A stretch of DNA of 64,000 nucleotides from the human T2T-CHM13v2.0 reference genome, Homo sapiens. The notes under the pieces were generated by a model. That model saw only the letters and a list, made by a program, of their open reading frames with translations. It did no database searches and was not told where the DNA came from. The stretch lies in the NCBI RefSeq assembly GCF_009914755.1, contig NC_060925.1; one strand, given 5' to 3'. This document shows, one piece after another, positions 63,040 through 64,000 of this stretch (within the stretch, counting starts at the first letter, position 1; each line of letters opens with the position of its first letter). The position numbers and the translations under genes are program-made.

Positions 63040-63347
63040 CTTTCTTTCTTTTCTTTTTTTTGAGACAGGGTCTCATGCTGTTGCCCAGGCTGGAATGTAG
63101 TGGTGCAATTATGGTTCACTGCAGTCTCAAACTCCTGGACTCAAGTGATTCTCCTGCCTCAGCCTCCTGAGTAGCTGGGACTACAGGTGTTTGCAACCAG
63201 GCCCAGTTAATTTTTTTCTATTTTTTTGTAGAGATGAGGGTCTCACTATGTTGTCCAGGCTGGTCACAAACTCCTGGGGCTCAAGTGGTCCTCCTGCCTC
63301 AGCCTCTAAAAGCACTATGATTATAGGTGTAAGCCACCATGCCTGGC
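63040..63347 (-). mobile_element. AluJ
   Basis: TSD TGTGAAAGTATTTT. Confidence 0.93.
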
Positions 63348-63509
63348 CTGTGAAAGTATTTTATTTTTAAGTTATGAACACTAGATAAATTTCAGACATA
63401 CTATTACTTAGGCAATTAGATAATGACCTGCTGCTAGTCTGGGGTCAGGATAGGGAGGTGAAGCAGGGACCAGTATCTGGAACGTTTGGATTTAAAAAGT
63501 AGGATTATT

Positions 63510-64000
63510 GAAAATGGATTAAAGACTTAAATGTAAAACCCCAAACCATAAAAACCCTAGAAGAAAATCTAGGCAATACCATTCAGGACATAGGCATGGG
63601 CAAAGACTTCATGACTAAAACACCAAAAGCAATTGCAACAAAAGCCAAAATTGACAAATGGGATCTAATCCAACTAAAGAGCTTCTGCACAGCAAAAGAA
63701 ACTATCATCAGAGTGAACAGGCAACCTACAGAATGGGAGAAAGTTTTGCAATCTACCCATCCGACAAAGGTCTAATGTCCAGAATCTACAAGGAACTTAG
63801 ACAAATTTACAAGAAAAAAACAAACAACCCCATCAAAAAGTGGGCAAAGGATATGAACAGACACTTCTCAAAAGAAGACATTTATGCAGCCAATAAACAT
63901 ATGAAAAAAAGTTCATCATTGGTCATTAGAGAAATGCAAATCAAAACCACAGTGAGATACCACCTCACGCCAGTGAGAATGGTGATTATTAAAAAGTCAG
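63510..64000 (+). mobile_element. 5'-truncated L1PA, ORF2 C-terminal region; continues past the window
   Basis: ATGGATTAAAGACTTAAATGT...ATAGGCATGGGCAAAGACTTCATGACTAAAACACCAAAAGCAA matches L1 ORF2. Confidence 0.96.

Overview
Primate, almost certainly human, genomic DNA: Alu/L1/L2/MIR-rich, with no prokaryotic features, RNA genes or intact protein-coding gene that I can support. The left 10.7 kb carries, on the minus strand, the CpG-island promoter and first seven exons of an unprocessed pseudogene of the zeta-crystallin/quinone oxidoreductase-like 2 family. From recall this is CRYZL2P (1q25.2, between SEC16B and RASAL2). All 13 splice junctions seen are canonical GT/AG, but there are four disabling lesions: ATG>TTG, a 1-bp deletion, a TAA stop and a 4-bp deletion. 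About 2.3 kb upstream, head-to-head with it, lies a 5.7-kb env-deleted HERV-H provirus with LTR7B-type LTRs. It has a tRNA-Phe-type rather than tRNA-His primer-binding site and integrated into the middle of an Alu. The rest is intergenic: many Alus, three MaLR solo LTRs with target-site duplications, MER6, MER1/MER5, L2 and L1 fragments, plus repeat-poor islands at about 25.5-35.9 kb with enhancer-like motifs. The best leads are a perfect CACGTG-N5-CACGTG carbohydrate-response element at 31031-31047, a possible TTG-initiated 68-aa microprotein/uORF from the pseudogene, and two Alu pairs sharing private substitutions (suspected non-allelic gene conversion). No new biological system is demonstrated. 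Coordinates were read by eye; ends of old repeats are approximate, and repeat subfamily and gene names come from recalled consensus sequences, not searches.
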